This document shows positions 36,967-48,900 of a stretch of 64,000 bases of DNA, one piece after another. The position numbers were made by a program, and so were the translations under genes. Under the pieces are notes generated by a model. That model made no database searches. It saw only the letters and a list, made by a program, of their open reading frames with translations, and had not been told where the DNA came from. This stretch comes from Callorhinchus milii (lineage: Eukaryota), in assembly GCF_018977255.1 (NCBI RefSeq), contig NW_024704742.1:71488001-71552000 (forward strand), in the 5' to 3' direction. Each line of letters begins with the position of its first letter. Within the stretch, counting starts at the first letter, position 1.

Positions 36967-38164
36967 GTAAGTGAGGGGTGGGGAAGGGAGAATGAGTTGG
37001 CGAGGAGGAAGGAGAGGAGCTTCTGGCTATAACAGGAGAGAGATGTAGGACAAATGTGACTTTACTTGCAAAAGTATTTTTATATACTGTGTATATTTTT
37101 TAAAAAGCTGTAAAATCAGTTTCTCCCGTTCCCTCTCCCCACCGCACCCCCCCCCCCCACCCGAATCTCAAAACTTGTCCTAACATAAGAAACAAGAAAG
37201 CATTTTTTTTTGTGTGTTTTGCAAGTTCAGTTTAATTTCTATGTTGCTCTGCTGAGGCGGGGTGGGTGGGTGCGTGGGGCAGTGGGTGAGAGAACATCTC
37301 ACTTTGTTCTCTCCCTTGCCTCCTTCAAGGGCTGTCTCAAAGACCCTTGTCTTCGGCCGCACCTTCGGTCCCCCTCCTACCCCTACTCTCCCTGCCCTCC
37401 ACCCCTCCTGAACCCAACCTCCAACTCAAGTCCAAATCCCTGACTGTCCAACGCCTTGGGACATTTTCTCGACGTGAAAGGTGTTGTGCAAATGTAATGT
37501 GTTGTCACAGTTGGAGAGAGTTTTTGAAAGCTCCCTAAGCTTTTTGGATGTATTGTACAACCGAGTTTGCGTAAAGTTTGCGATGATCGCTTTTCTCTGT
37601 GTGCCTTTTCATGTCTGTGTGCAAATTCTTTTTGCTTTTAAGTTGCAATAAAAAAATGCCCCCATTTCCCTTCACCAAAGTGCCCCCTCCCTCTTTTTCC
37701 CCTTCCCTCCTTCCCTGACAGTCCCTAAGCGATGCTTTTGTGGATGAAGTGTTTATTTAAGGCTCGCTCCATCCAGCCTATGAATCTCTGTCTCACAGAG
37801 AGCAGAGAGAGAGAGAGGGGGGTGTGGGGAGAGGCAGAGAGAGAGGGGGCAAGGTTAAAGCAGACTTTACTCTGCGGCAGGCAGTAACGGTTAATTTAAA
37901 CTGTTCCTGATCCTGGTCTGATTTTCTCCTCTCGCAGTGCTGAACCCGATTCAGCTTTTTGTGACCATATAAAGACGTGTTTCTCTCACCTCCATTTAAA
38001 GAGAAAGCATCGCAGATTGATTGGCGGTTCCAAAGCATGCAGAGTTGGATGTGTGAAGAGTTTTGATTTTACTGTTTTTTGTGTGTGTGTGTGTGTATGT
38101 ATATGTGTGTATGTGAGTGTATGTGCGTGTGCTTGGGAAAGCCACACCTACACATACAGGATGC

Positions 38165-38620
38165 CAGCCTGATTCAATCAGCAGCTCTCTCACCTCTGAG
38201 TTAGAAGGCTGTGGGTTCAAGCTCTTGCGGTGGGAACTTTGAGATCACAGTCCTGGCTAATGCTCCAGGGCACTGCTTGGGGAGCACTGCAGTGTTGGAG
38301 GTGCCTTCCTTCAGGTGAAATGTTAAACCAAGCTCCCCTTCTGTGTCCCATTTGTGCCCTGTTCAGGTGGACGTTAAAGATCCTACGGCACTGTTGGAAA
38401 ACAGAAGGGAGTTTCTCTCTCCTGGTGTCCTGGGCAACATCCCCCAAATAAAATCACTCATTCACTTCATGGCTGTTTGTGGGACATTGCTGCCTGCAAA
38501 TTAGCTGCTGTGTTTTGCACACAAAACACAGTCACTACACTAGACAGTAAAATTCTGCAAAGAGCATGGAGACATTTACATCATGTGACAAAGCACTGTA
38601 TCAAATGCAAGATCATTAAT
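38165..38620 (+). mobile_element. Deu-domain SINE, full length
   Basis: Head, CTGTTCAGGTGGACGTTAAAGATCC Deu motif, shared 3' tail. Confidence 0.82.
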
Positions 38621-39533
38621 TCAGTAAACACCTGATAACTCAGTACTCTGAGGGGAGAAGGGTTTAGTGACGAGTTATCAGGAGCGGCGAGTTAGGCTTA
38701 CGTATAAATACATTAATAAAGTAGTGTAGTGGTTAGAGCGCTCTTCTCACAAGCGAGAGGTCCTGGGTTTGATTCCTGAGCAGGGAGAAACCTTAGGCAA
38801 GTTTCCTTGCTCCGCACACTTCTGTTTACCTAGCAGTGTGTAGGAGCCTGGTTGTTAGTCGATGGCGGATCACTTTTCCAGGTGTAATAATCCCTTCAAA
38901 AAATAAATAATAATTTGGTCACTCAGTCCACGACTGTTTGTGGGACACTGCTGTGTGCAATTGGCTGTTATACTGTTCATCAAAATTAAGCCCAAAACTC
39001 CGATGGTCATTGATTATTCCCCACTGTGTCTTGTCAGCGTCCTCACGTTCCCATTCCAATCCCTTGTGCCTCTCCCACACACATACTGCACAGCACAGAC
39101 TGGGAATGCTGCCCCGGGAACTGGGAATGCTGCCCCAGGAACTGGGAATACTGCTTCAAAGTTGATGAATCCATAGGAAGTAAAGGGGATTTAGGGGTTT
39201 GGGAGACAGGGGAGGAAATGGGATTAAAAGATGCGGTTTCATTTGATAACCTGATGGAGCAGGCTGGGTGGTCTGAATGGCCTCTTGTCCCTGTGTTTAG
39301 GTCTATGTTTCTATATATCCTTCCCCCCACCACACAGCCTCAGGGGAACCGGGGTGGGGGCATTGGTGTCTGAGCGACTGAGACTGAGTGAGGTGGGGGT
39401 TGGGGGTCAGAGACAGAGAGAGACTAACACAGACAGACAGTCACAGGCATAGAGACAGATGCAAATAGAGACAGACACAGACAGAGAGACACAGACAGAC
39501 TGGTTCACTGACTGTCGCTCCTTTCCTCCTCAG

Positions 39534-39589
39534 GTGTAAAGAAGAAAACGAAAGTCATAAAAAACAATCTGAATCCTGTCTGGAATGAG
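39534..39589 (+). CDS. DYSF: Dysferlin exon 2
   Basis: Acceptor ctttcctcctcag|, 56 nt, (G)VKKKTKVIKNNLNPVWNE, donor GAG|GTAGGA. Confidence 0.96.
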
Positions 39590-40144
39590 GTAGGAATGTC
39601 GGAAAATATTGGTGTGAGCAAGGAAATTCCTGTGCCGGGAATCCTGTTAAGTCAGTTATATTAAAACAGAAAAGGGAACATTTAACTTAAGCTATTAAAT
39701 ATCCACAATAAAGTGTCTTATCTTGTCCAGAACAGTAGAACCTGAGGACACGGCCTGCAATTGAAGGGGGGTAAATTCAGAACAAATCTGCGAAACACTA
39801 CTTCAGTGAGCGAGTTGTAAACGTATAGAACAGGCTGCCTAGGGAGACGGTGGAAGCAGCAAATGCGATTCTTTCAAGAACAAATTAGTTAGCTTTCTGT
39901 TAGGAAATAATATTGTGGGATACAGTATATTTTTTGGGACATGACATGAGCATGTGACTGCCAGAATGGTGGAAGGTAATCTGGATGGACCTTAGTTTTC
40001 CTTCGTCTAGCAATTCTTATGTCATGTTTTTAACTTCTATTAAAAAGTGATGATAGTTTGATGGCGTTCGGTGATGGCCATTTTGAGTTTTAGATTTATT
40101 AAACAAGTTCCTCTTTCTAAACAAGCCACATTTAGGGGCATGTG

Positions 40145-40590
40145 TGCCAGCCTGGTGTAGTGGTAGCACTCTCGCACTTGAGTCAGTAAAGTTGTGGGTT
40201 CAAGCCCCACATCAGGACTTGGCGTCACATAATTTAAACAGACACTCCAATGCAGTGCTGGGATGTGTTGCATTGTCGTAGGCGCTGTCCTTCGGATGAG
40301 ACGTTAAACTGAGCTCCCCGTCTGTGCTTATCTAGGCAGACATTAAATATCCCTCGGCACAATTGGAAAAGAGAAGGGAGTTTCTCTCTCCCAGTGTCCT
40401 GGCCAACAATCTCCAAGATAAAATCGGTCACTCACTTCACGGCTGTTTGTGGGATGTTGCTGTGTGCAAATTGGTTACTGCAGCTGCTACAAAACACACA
40501 GTCACTACATTTTACAGTAAATCTTGTGAAGTGCTTTGAGATGTCCTCCTGATCTAAAAGGCACTGGACCAAATGCAAGGATTATTATGG
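40145..40590 (+). mobile_element. Deu-domain SINE, full length
   Basis: CTTCGGATGAGACGTTAAAC..GGGAGTTTCTCTCTCCCAGTGTCCTGGCCAA. Confidence 0.85.
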
Positions 40591-40640
40591 CAGCGTACGA
40601 CTGAGTCTTAATCCTAAGGGATTTTTTCTTCCTTTTGCAG

Positions 40641-40732
40641 GGATTCGAATGGGATTTAAAGGGAGTTCCTCTGGATGGGAATACTGAGCTCCACGTGGTA
40701 GTGAAGGATCATGAAAAAATTAGCAGGAACAG
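40641..40732 (+). CDS. DYSF: Dysferlin exon 3
   Basis: Acceptor ttccttttgcag|, 92 nt, [30 protein letters not shown](R), donor CAG|GTAAGG. Confidence 0.96.
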
Positions 40733-41292
40733 GTAAGGACTGCGTTCAGTTTTAGGCACCGCACCTCAAGAAAGATACAAAAACGTGCATTTGTAAAGCA
40801 CTCTTCACTCGCAGGGTCTCGGAATGCTGAACAGTGGCGGACCACTCTACCAGTTAGTGCTTTGGTCTGCAGGGTGATGGGTCTGTCCTTCTCAAGTCCT
40901 GCTGATGAGCCAGGCTGGGCTGTACTGTCAACAGCAGTGCCCTGGAATACTGCAGACTTGCCTGGCTCAGGAGCTGGACTGTCAGAGCTGGCTCAATTCC
41001 CACATTCCATTGCCAAACATGTCACCTTGGAGCCAGCTCAGCTCAGAGGAGACCACGCGGTATAGAGAGTAGAGCATGAGAAAGTAGATAGTGTAGTGGG
41101 AGCTGGTGATTTAATATAATAATAAATTTGGTCACTCAATCCACGACTGTTTGTGGGCTGTGTGCAATTGGCTGCTGTGTTTCGCCCACAAAATATACAC
41201 GCAATTCATTTTACTGTATATTCTGTGAAGCACTTTTTGAGACGTCTCGCAGACGTGATACAGCGCTATATCAAATGCAAAGATTATTATTT

Positions 41293-41613
41293 GTGGAGTC
41301 CTGTAGCTCAGTGGTTAGAGTACTCGCTTTGCAAGCGAGAGATCTGAGTTCAATTCCAGGCAGGGCGAAACCTTGGGCAAGTTTCCTTACTCCACACGCC
41401 TAATAATAATCCCTCCAAAAAAAGCAAAAAACAATAATAAATTGGTCATTTTCAATCTACGACTGTTTGTGGGACATTGCTGTGCGCAATTGGCTGCCGG
41501 GTTCGCCCACAAATATACAGTCAATTCACTTTACAGTGTGTTCTGTGAAGCGCTTTGGGACGTCCTCCTAACGTGAAAAGCGTTATATCAAATGCAAGGA
41601 TTATTATTATTAT
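41293..41613 (+). mobile_element. Young tRNA-derived SINE (short subfamily), full length
   Basis: GTGGAGTCCTGTAGCTCAGTGG...GGATTATTATT. Confidence 0.92.
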
Positions 41614-42832
41614 TGTTAATTAATGTGACCTAACCCACTGTGTGATTATTTTGGAACCTGTCCTAAGTTTCAAGGCTTTTACACAAAGCTAATTAAGTCA
41701 TCACAGGTCAGTGCTGGGTGTGTCTGGACCACATGTGATAAAGATCTGTCTCTCACTGGTGGATTGAGACTTATCCCAGTACGGGAACAATCAGTTCTTG
41801 TCTGTCCCTCACATCACCCGTTGGCATCATCCCTCAATGCCCCACGGCACGATTCCCGAAGAGAAGGGAGTTTCTCTCTCCCGGTTCTCCTGTCCGACAA
41901 TCCCACAGGCAAATCACTCATTCATTCACTTCACACCTGTTCGTGGCACATTGCTGTATGTGCATTTAAGCCACCACAATGTAGGAATCCCTGTGTCCGG
42001 AATGTAATGCACACTCTCTATCGCTCCTTCTCGTGCTTTCGCTGCCCTGCAGGGACACATTCCAGAGAGTATTAGGAGCAGGATGGCAAGAGTGTGCATT
42101 GGGGTCACTGCTGGAGTCTTAACCAGCTAAAATCGTGCGGCTTGCCATTGAGAGCACTGACTGGTAAGCTTTCCCGCTATTTGTCCAGCTAGGACCACCC
42201 AACCCATTAGGGCTTTGGCTTGCAGGATGACAGGAGCTGAATGGGAAGAGTCCCAGGGACTAGCCTGCCCTTCCAAGTTTGTGCGTGTGAGTGTGCGCGT
42301 GTTTTATGTGTGTGTTTTATGTATATGGGTGTGTGTGTGCATGAGGACCCAGGTTCGAATCCCGGGCAGGGTGAAACATTGGACAAGTTTCTTTACTCCA
42401 CACACCTTTGTTTACCTAGCAGTAAATAGGAACCCGCTTGTTAGTCAATTGGCAGATCACTTTTCCGTGGATAATAATCCCTTTTTAAAAAAAATCAATC
42501 CATGACTGGTTATGAGATGCTGCTGTGCCCAATTGGTTTCTGGGTTTCGCCCACAAAATAGACACTCAATTCACTTTACAGTATATTCTGTGAAGCGCTT
42601 TGAGACTTCTCGAAGATTTAATAAGACACTATTATCAAATGCAAGGATTATTATTATCCTATGTTTTGTAATGTGAGTGAGCGTGTTTGTGTATGAGTGA
42701 GTGTAAATGATTTATCCTAACGTCTCTGTATTAGTTATTCGGTTGATGAGGTTAAATTGATGACCTCTAGTCACTGACTCAATGATAGTCGCCATCAATT
42801 ATCAAAAGCCCCTCATACATCACTCAGGACGG

Positions 42833-42945
42833 CAGGGTGGCAGGCAGGCAGGTTGTCAGGCAGGCAGGCAGGCAGGCAGGGTGTCAGGCAGGCAGTCAGG
42901 CAGGCAGGCAGGCAGTCAGGCAGGGTGTCAAGCAGGCAGGCAGTA
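42833..42945. repeat. (GGCA)n-based microsatellite
   Basis: Direct reading. Confidence 0.9.
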
Positions 42946-44605
42946 AGCAAAATCAGACACAACCAGGCCCTGGATTAAGACCAAATGTCATTCTGATAAA
43001 CCACAGATCTCAGAGCTTCTCAAAAACAGAGCCCTGAAATTCCACTGAGCCTTTGCAGTGTCTCAGACTGTCTCTGTCTCTCGCTCTCTGTCTCTGAGTC
43101 AGAAGGCTGTGGATTCAAGCCCCATGTCAGGGATTATGAGCTCACAGTCCAGGCTCACACTCCAGTGCAGCGCTGAGGGGAAGAGAGCAGCTCATTGTCT
43201 GAGATTGCATCTTTTGGATGAGATGTTAAACCAAACTCCTCTGTCTGTGCCTGTTCAGGTGGACATTAAAGATCCCCTGGCACTATTCAAAAAGGGAGTT
43301 TCTCTCTCCCGATGTCCTGGTTGACAATCCCCCAGATAAAATCGCTTGCTCACTTCACAGCTGTGTGTAGGGTGTTTGTATTGGCTGCTGCATTCACTCA
43401 CAAAACACAAGTCACTACACTTTCGGTTTCGGTGGACAGACAATGTGTTGAACACAAAGATTTTAATTGAATGTTAAAATAATAAAATTTGCAATTAATT
43501 CACAGAAAGCCTTTCACATTAGGAGGACGTCTCGAGATAGGGTTTGACTGTAAAACGCAGTGACTGTGATTTTGTAGACGAACACAGCAGCCAGTTTTAT
43601 TACTGTTTACTTATCATGCTACAAGTCCACACAGAAGAATCACAGGGTAGGGAGGGAGGACTGAGGTGTGGCTTGTTCTGTTTATGTAAGATGTTTATGT
43701 CTATGTGTCTGGTCCATCGTTCGATGGCTGACAGAGCGTATCAAGGCAGCACAGACCCACATCAAGACAGTACACGTCTCAGTCTGATCCGGGTGGGAAC
43801 AGGGACAAGCCTAGACAAAAGGCTGGACCTCGCTCTCTGCCTTCAGCCACATCAGTGAAAGAGCTTTTTCTAATAAAACCATCCTTGCCTCAGATACCCA
43901 TGTCAGGACTTGAACTCACAAAGTCTAGGCTGACACTCCAGTGCAGTGCTGCGGGGTGTTGCATTGTGTCATCCTTCGGATGAGACGTTAAACCGAGCTC
44001 CCTGACTGCTTGTTCAGAGGGATGTTAAAGATCCCAAGGCATTATTGGGAAAAAAGAGGGCAATTCTCTCTCCGTGTCCTGGCTCAAACCCCCAAATAAA
44101 ATTGGTAACTTACTCCACGATTGTTTGTGAGACTGATAAGGCGTTAAAAGATTTTACTCTGTCTCTTACCCGTGCTGTCATTGACGTGGATGAACACGGA
44201 GTTGGATAACCATCTCCTGCCTCTCAGTTGAGTCTCCTTGATTGGGATAAACATTCCGAAAAGACGTGTAATTCCTGTAAATATAGAGTGGGTCTGTGGC
44301 AAATCCGGGTCTATTTATAAACAAGAAAGCAATGCCCAAGCTCTGTGTCCTGTCTTCCTGAAGCTGTTATCTCTCCCATTGTTTCTGCCGGAGGCAGGAA
44401 GTGGCTTCCGTTAGGAATGGAGTGGTACTTCCTGTCCTCAGGAAATCCAATGACCCCTTCCTCCCAACCTGTGAGAAGATCAGAACATATCCTCACATAT
44501 AGTGTGTGAGAGAGGGGGAGACAAAGAGATACAGAGACGAGCAAACCCAACAGACAGTGAGTGTGTCTATTTACAGGCTGACCGAGGAGCTTGGACTTGG
44601 ATAGT

Positions 44606-45945
44606 CAGGGTGGTCTAACCCTTTGGCTGCCGCGGACACATTCCCTATTTGAGAAAGGTCTGCGAGCCGCAGCCAGTGTGGGCATCCGGCCCGAGACCAT
44701 TTCTGACATTCCGATTTGCCCCCTCCCTCCCTGGTGAATTCAAACTCTTTTGAAAAAGCCGGCACAGACACGATGGGCCAAATGGCCTCCTTCTATGCTG
44801 TATAATTATGATCCTATGATCCCTTGGCAGTGGCGGGAGCCGGCGGTTGGGAGGATGCAGCGAGCAGAGTCTTCACTGCAGTCTGTCAGGAAGGCAAGTG
44901 CGTCTCTCACCAACCGTGTCCTAAGCAACCAGACCCTCCTTCTCATTTCCCCCCCTCTGCTTCTCTTTCCCCCCCTCTCCTCTTTTATCCCCCATCCTTC
45001 TCTTCCCCCCCTTCCTTCGTTCTTCCCCCCTTCCTTCGCTCTTTCCCCCACCCCTCTTTCTCGTTCCCCCCTCTTCCCCCCTCTTTCCCGACACTCTCCC
45101 CCCCTTCTCTCCCCCCTCTCTCCCCCCCCTTCTCCCCCCCCTTCTCCCCCCCTTCTCTCCCCCCCCTCTTCTCTCCCCCCCCTTCTTCTCCCCCCCCCCC
45201 CCTTCTCTCTCCCCCCTTCTCTCTCCCCCTTCTCTCTCCCCCCCTTTCTCTCTCCCCCCTTCTCTCCCCCCCTTCTCTTCCCCCCCCCTCCCCCCCCTTC
45301 TCTCCCCCCCCCCTTCTCTCCCCCCCTCTCTCCTCCCCCCCCCCTTCCTCTCTTCCCCCCCTTCTCTCTTCCCCCCCCTTCTCTCTTCCCCCCCTTCTCT
45401 CTTCCCCCCCCTTCTCTCTTCCCCCCCCTTCTCTCTTCCCCCCCCTTCTCTCTTTTCCCCCCCCTTCTCTTCCCCCCCCTTCTCTTCCCCCTTCTCTTTC
45501 CCCCCTTCTCTCTTCTTTCCCCCCCCTTCTCTCTCCCCCCCACTTCTCTCCCCCCCCTTCTCTCTTCCCCCCCTTCTCTTCCCCCTTCTCTCTCTTCCCC
45601 CTTCTCTCTTCCCCCCCCTTCTCTCTCCCCCCCTTCTCTCTTCCCCCCCTTCTCTCTTCCCCCCTTCTCTCTTCCCCCCCCTTCTCTCTTCTCCCCCCCC
45701 TTCTCTTCCCCCCCTTCTCTCTCCCCCCTTCTCTCTCCCCCCCCTTCTCTCTTCCCCCCCCCTTCTCTCTTCCCCCCCCTTTCTCTCTCCCCCCCCCCTT
45801 TCTCTCTCCCCCTCTTTCTCTCTCCTCCCCTCTGCGATCACAGTGCAATCACATTTGACATCACAAGAGTTGGTGAGGTTATAAAAATCCAAACATTAGC
45901 CAAATTTCAAGAGGACTAACTTGTGCATTTGAGCAGCCTAGCCGG
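44606..45945 (+). mobile_element. Related hAT-like element with a CT-rich expanded core and an inserted CR1 tail
   Basis: 44681-44935 matches the arms of the 58822 element. Starts CAGGGTGGTCTAAC. Right end uncertain. Confidence 0.55.
44940..45830. repeat. Near-pure C/T low-complexity tract (~890 bp)
   Basis: CCCCCCTTCTCTCTT-type units. Confidence 0.95.
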
Positions 45946-45999
45946 AGTGGGCCTGGCAGGCTTAAATATGGCAATGGAGTTCCTTCAAGGAGGTGATTA

Positions 46000-48900
46000 T
46001 GAAGGCAATGGAACAATGTGTACCCATGTGAAGCAAAGGTACCAAGCTTAAGTCCACTCCTGCCTGGTTGGAATGGGGCTACAAAGCAAATCATAAAGAG
46101 GGGAAAAAAAACATTTAAGGCCATGAAGGAAAATGGCATGAAAATAAGTTGGACGCAATACCAGAAGGCATGCCAGGACTGCAAAAGAAGGCATCAAAAT
46201 GGCAAAAAAAAAAAAGCTCTGAATTGAACATGGCAAGAGATGTGAAAGATAACAACAAGATGTTTTTCAGTTTCATTAAGAGTAGAAGAAAAACAAACAA
46301 TGGAATACGGCCACTAAAAGTGGGTTCAGGAGGCAACATGACAAATAATGCTGCACAATAATGATAAATAAGCTTTTTGCATTAGTCTTTACCAAGGAGG
46401 AGACAGGTAACCTATCTGATTTGGAAAGAGAACTCAAGAATGTCGCAGAGGAAAGTTGTGACACTATTCATATCACTACCAGCACGATTGCCAAATAGGT
46501 GTATAAACTTAAGGTAAATAAATCTTAGGGCCCAGATAAGTTGCATCTGAGGATCCTTAAGGAACTAAGGGAGGAAGTTGCAGAAACGCTGGCCCAAATC
46601 TTTCAAAAAGCACTGAATACTGGGGAGGTGCCGGGGACTGGAGAAAGGCAGATGTTACTTCAATTTTTAAGAAAGGTAACAAAGTGACCCAGCAAACTAC
46701 AGACCAGTACGTTTGACGTCCATTGTGGGTAAAATTATGGAGCATTCTGGACAGAAATAAAATCGTAAATGATAGCCAATATGGGTTCATGAAACAAAGG
46801 TCTTGCCAATCTAATTTACTGTTTTTCTTTGACTGTGTGACAAGGGAGCTTGATAAGGGTAAGGCTGTGGATGTTGTATATCTGGATTTCAGTAAGGCCT
46901 TTCATACAGTTCCTCTTAAGAGGCTGGTACTGAAAGTAAAAAAAATTGGAATCAATGGAGCTATTTTACAATGGATACACATTTGGTTGACCGGAAGAAC
47001 CCCACCCCACGCCCCTACTCCTCTGCTCCTCTGGCTGCTTCCCCTCCTTTGAGCATCTCACCCTCTTCCATCCATCTCTCCCACTGAAAATCCTTCTGGT
47101 CTACCACCCCCCTAAGCCCCCTGGCTCCTTCCGCTCTGACATCTTTCCTCTCTTCCTTGTCCCTCTGCTCCGAACACCTGCTCATAATGGGCGATTTCAA
47201 CCTCCACCTAAACTCCCCTTGCACTACTTCTTCTGACTTCATTGCCCTACTCTTCTCCCTAAACCTCACCCTTCACATTAATTCACCGACCCACAACCGT
47301 GGCCATGCTCTTGACCTCGTCATCACCCACGACCTTGACATTTTCGACCTGAGCATAGTGGACAAGGCCATCCCGGACCACTTCCTCATCTCCTTCTCCT
47401 CTCATCCCTCTCTCCTCCACCAAGCCCTCAACCATACTCTACCGCCCGTGGAAAAGGCTACCCCCTCACAAAGGCCCTCACAACCTCAAATATCCTATCC
47501 CTCTGGCCTTCCACCCGCAGAGATCCTGAAGCAGCCGTCCAGCTGCTCCATGATCGCTTCTCCTCCACCTTCACCTCTCTCGTCCCCCTGAAATCCAGGA
47601 CCATCTCCAAGCCCACCCGATTCCCCTGGTATAACAATCATCTCCACCACCTAAAAACCTAAACCCGGCTGCTAGAGCGCAGATGGCAGAAAACTGGCCT
47701 GACAGTTCACCACTAACTGTGTCTTGAGCATCTCCACAGCTATCACCATTCTTTGACACGTGCAAAAAAGTCCTACTCCAACATCATCTTGGAGGCAAAA
47801 AACAGTCCCAAAGTCCTTTTTTCCACCACCCACTACCTCCTCCGTGCCTCCTCTCAGGTCTCCTCAATCTTCACATCCAATGCCAAATGTGAGGAGGTCA
47901 TGGACTTCTTTTCAAACAAAATACATAACATCCGCCAGGCAGCCTCATCCTCCTGCCTCTTGTCACCCACCACTACTCCTTCTCCGTCCCCTTCACCCTC
48001 CCCATCATCAGCTCCTACCACGACCCCCAGCTTACATTCCTTCCTCTCTATCTCTCCTTCCTCACTCTCACCCACCATTACTTCAATGAAACCCAGCAAC
48101 TGCTGCCTCAACCCCCTCCCCACCAACTTGCTGGTCACCCAGCTCCCCTCCTCTGCCCACTACTGGCTGATGTCATCAACTAGTCCCTCTCCTCTGGATC
48201 GATCCCTGCCCCCCTCAAAACTGCTGTCATCACCCCCCTCCTCAAGAAACCTTCCCTCAAACCCCAGCCATTACTGCCCTATCTCTAATCTGCCCTTCCT
48301 CGCAAAAGTTCTAGAACGTATTGTTGCCAATCAACTCCGCGCTCACCTCTCCTCCCACTCCCTCTTCAAACCCCTCCAGTCTGGTTTCCGCCCACAGTAC
48401 AGAGACTGCACTTGTGAAAGTCACAAACAACATCCTCTCTATCAGTGACCAGGGCTCTCTCTGCCTCCTTGTCCTCCTGGACAAAGTCGATCACGCCATC
48501 CTCCTCCACCGCCTTTCCTCCGTCATCCACCTCAGTGGGACCGCACTCGCCTGGTTCGAGTCCTACCTCACGAACCGCCAGCAGTAAGCTGCACAAACGG
48601 CTTCTCCTCCCGCTCTCACCCGGTTACCTGCGGGTACTCCAAGGATCCATCCTTGGCCTCCTCCTCTTTCTGATCTATATGCTCCCTCTTGGGGATGTCA
48701 TCAGCAGACCTAGGGTACACTTCCACATGTATGTGGATGACACCCAACTCTTTTTCCACCTCACTTTGCGACCCCCAGTCCCCTGATGTTCTGTCAGCCT
48801 GCCTGTCAAACATCAGGAGCTGGATGAGCTCGAATTTCCTTCAGTTAAATGTTGACAAGACACAAGCCATACTCTTTGGCTCTCGTCAACGTCTAAAATC

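Noticed and set aside
41293..41365. tRNA-Ala(TGC)-like sequence (also 22731, 38720, 57415)
   Set aside because: SINE heads with a broken acceptor stem, continuing into the SINE body.
44750..45919. Pro/Ser- and Gly/Glu/Arg-rich ORFs of 245-389 aa
   Set aside because: Translation of a C/T low-complexity tract.
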